From the NCBI GenBank assembly GCA_030295235.1, contig AP026148.1:186001-250000 (forward strand): a stretch of DNA of 64,000 nt. Direction: 5' to 3'. Source of the stretch: Fistulifera solaris (lineage: Eukaryota). Positions 61,579 through 64,000 of this stretch are shown here, in pieces. A program made the position numbers and the translations under genes. Below the pieces are notes generated by a model that did no database searches, had not been told where the DNA came from, and worked only from the letters and a program-made list of their open reading frames with translations. Positions within the stretch are counted from its first letter, which is position 1. Every line of letters starts with the position of its first letter.

Positions 61579-62142
61579 TTACATGAGCAACATGGTTACT
61601 CCCAACACAACTAAAGCAAACTTGGATCCATCCCAGTGAGTGTTACCGAAACTCGAGTGCTCTTCCTCCGAATGGGTTGCAGCGGTGCATTGCTCACTAG
61701 CCGTCGTATCAACAGTGCAAGGGGGTACCACCGAATCCGTACCCGTCACGAGAGGATAACCGGCTGCCGTCCATTGCGTGACACCACCACCATTGTACAA
61801 GACATGAAAGCCAGCTTCTACCAAGTGAGTCGCTGCCACCGCCGCACGGGCGCCTGTACTACAGTATACGGCCACACGACAATTTTCGCAGCCGGCCAAA
61901 TCGTCCGGTGTGGCACTGGGAAATCCTTCGACAGCGAGATCGGCCATGAGGGTGGCATTGGCAATATGTCCCGTTGCGTATTCTTCGGCACTGCGGACAT
62001 CGACAAGTACATCGAAGTCACCGTGTTCGAGACCTTCAAAGAGCTCCGCGGCGGTCAAATTGGTAATTACGATGGTACTTTCCTCGTGGGCCTGAGCGGC
62101 GCACGCGAATACTGCAAGAAAGAGAAGAAAGCCAAATTTCAT
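61579..62142 (-). CDS. Secreted/membrane-anchored rhodanese domain protein
   Basis: Signal peptide, 'LVDVRSAEEYATGHI..A', active loop 'YCSTGAR', 'GGVTQW..AG.P', hydrophobic C-terminus. Confidence 0.85.
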   Translation of the reverse strand: MKFGFLLFLAVFACAAQAHEESTIVITNLTAAELFEGLEHGDFDVLVDVRSAEEYATGHIANATLMADLAVEGFPSATPDDLAGCENCRVAVYCSTGARAAVAATHLVEAGFHVLYNGGGVTQWTAAGYPLVTGTDSVVPPCTVDTTASEQCTAATHSEEEHSSFGNTHWDGSKFALVVLGVTMLLM

Positions 62143-62589
62143 GATGTTGGATCAAAAGTTTTTGTAAGTTGCAATGGCAGTGAAACCGTGGCAAATTCGT
62201 CGGATTGAAATAGTAGAATGTGTCGATGTTTGTTTGCCTGTAGTGGCCTGTGCAGGATTTAAAATTGAACCGAAGTCGATTGCGGGTCGATCTTTGGATC
62301 ATCGTTCGCTTTGGACCTCGGGAGTCTCACGATAATTGTACGGACAATCGTGAGTCTTGGGTCTTGAGTTGGATCCGAGCCGGTCGGACTAGGGACAGAC
62401 GTTCTTGTCCGATTCGGCTACTATGGACGCAAAGTGTTGTCTTGATCTTGACGACATGACTGGATATTTCGTATTGAGTCACGATCGTGATGTTCTTTTA
62501 TGGTATTGTTTTGCAATAACGTTTTCGTCACTGCATCTTTACTGCGGGCCCATTATGTTTTGACTCTTGTCTCCTCTTTCATTACATAC

Positions 62590-63752
62590 ATGAAATCAAT
62601 CGCTCGTTTTCTTATGAAAGGCACCGCTCTCGTCGCACATGCGTATACACCGCCGTCATGGTGTTCTCTCCCACCTCCACCGCACGGTCGATTGTCACTC
62701 GCGCACCTTCCGACGCCCCTCAACCCTCTGACATTGCACGGCGAAATCGGAAAACCACTCACGGAGCACAATATTTCCTTCTGGATCAAACGCGATGACA
62801 TGACGGGAGGCATCGAATGGGGTGGGAACAAGATTCGGAAACTAGAATTTTTGTTGGCGGATGCGCAACAGGGTGATTGCACAGCCGTCTTGACCATCGG
62901 CGGTGCCCAAAGCAATCATTGTCGTGCGACGGCTGCGGCCGCACGGCGACTCGGACTGGAGCCTCATCTCATTTTGCGCACAAGCAGTAGTGATATCGGG
63001 ACGGTGGGGAATTTGTTGATGGTTTGGGTTCCGAAGTACTGGTGCAGCGTGTGGCGGAAGCGATCGAACGAGATACACAACACAAAGTGTATCGCATTCC
63101 GGTGGGTGGTAGTAACGCGATTGGGACGTGGGGGTATTTGCAAGCTGTTGATGAAGTTATTCAACAACAGCCATCGGCTTCCCTTGATCACATTGTATTC
63201 GCTTGTGGGAGTGGCGGAACGGCGGCGGGGATTGTATTGGGATTTGCGATGGCATATGAGAAGGATGCATTGGAACACATGCCGCAACTCCACGCCGTCG
63301 GAGTCTGTGATGACCCGGATTACTTCTTTGCTTACATGGCCCGAATTGCCGTGGATATGGGATTTTCTATCGATCACTACAACAACGACAAGTATGAGTC
63401 CGTGGAAGATTATTTGCGTCAGCACGTGACTTTGCATCAAGGGAAAGGAAGGGGTTACGCCGCAAGTACACCGGAGGAACTCCAGTTCGGTGTCGATTTT
63501 GCGCATGCGACAGGAATTGTGTTAGACCCAGTCTATTCGGGAAAGGCGCTCTATCATTTTTGGACACGTGTTTTGCAAGATAACATTAATTCATTTGCAA
63601 ATCAATCGATTCTATTTTGGCATACGGGTGGTGCTTTGGGTCTTTATAACAAATGTGGGGAACTTACCGAGTCCACTTCGATATTGGCCGGCTCGCCTTG
63701 TCAGAAGTTAGATGTGTACGGCAAAGGAAATGGTTTAAATATTAATGGATGA
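62590..63752 (+). CDS. PLP-dependent D-cysteine desulfhydrase / ACC deaminase family protein
   Basis: 'PTPL', 'WIKRDD.TG...GGNKIRKLEF', 'GGAQSNHCR', 'IPVGGS', 'GSGGTAAG', 'LDPVYSGKA', 'FWHTGG'. Frame break with an apparent deletion near 63021. Confidence 0.9.
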
Positions 63753-64000
63753 GTGACCCCAAGTAGAGACAAGTGCGATCAGGTGGATATGTGCATCATG
63801 AGATGTTTATGTTGATGATTATTTTCGTTAAGGACTGACAACAACGTCGAAGGTCTCATCTTCCTAATCATTGCAATTGGAGGTCAATGTGGCCTGTGCG
63901 TGCTCGTGTTACGTATAAATAGTTACGGTGCATGCTTCACTAGAACATCCAACTAGCTAGTGCAATATGTAACTGGATCGGCTAAAATGAAGCAAAAGAT

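Overview
Gene-dense eukaryotic genomic DNA, most likely from a pennate diatom. This is inferred from short GT-AG introns, several bipartite signal-peptide plus F/W plastid-targeting N-termini, and diatom-type myosins. About 35 protein-coding loci are visible. The first 23 kb holds three paralogous short-tailed myosins (3352-6997 -, 8826-12345 +, 19620-23036 +). Between them lie a Trm10-like SPOUT methyltransferase and a highly divergent 11-intron Argonaute (13994-18373 +). After manual splicing, the Argonaute keeps its 5'-phosphate pocket, has substitutions at the slicer catalytic positions and carries a large MID insertion. Also notable are three dispersed paralogs of an unrecognised membrane-protein family (27-34 kb), two proteins with a CxxC...DH...CxxC HNH-like nuclease motif, a DUF5107-like protein with a signal peptide, and a recurring ~25-bp promoter-region motif. 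The rest are housekeeping genes. Many genes carry 1-nt frameshifts, mostly at homopolymers; these are treated as assembly errors. No tRNA, rRNA, CRISPR array or intact transposon was recognised.
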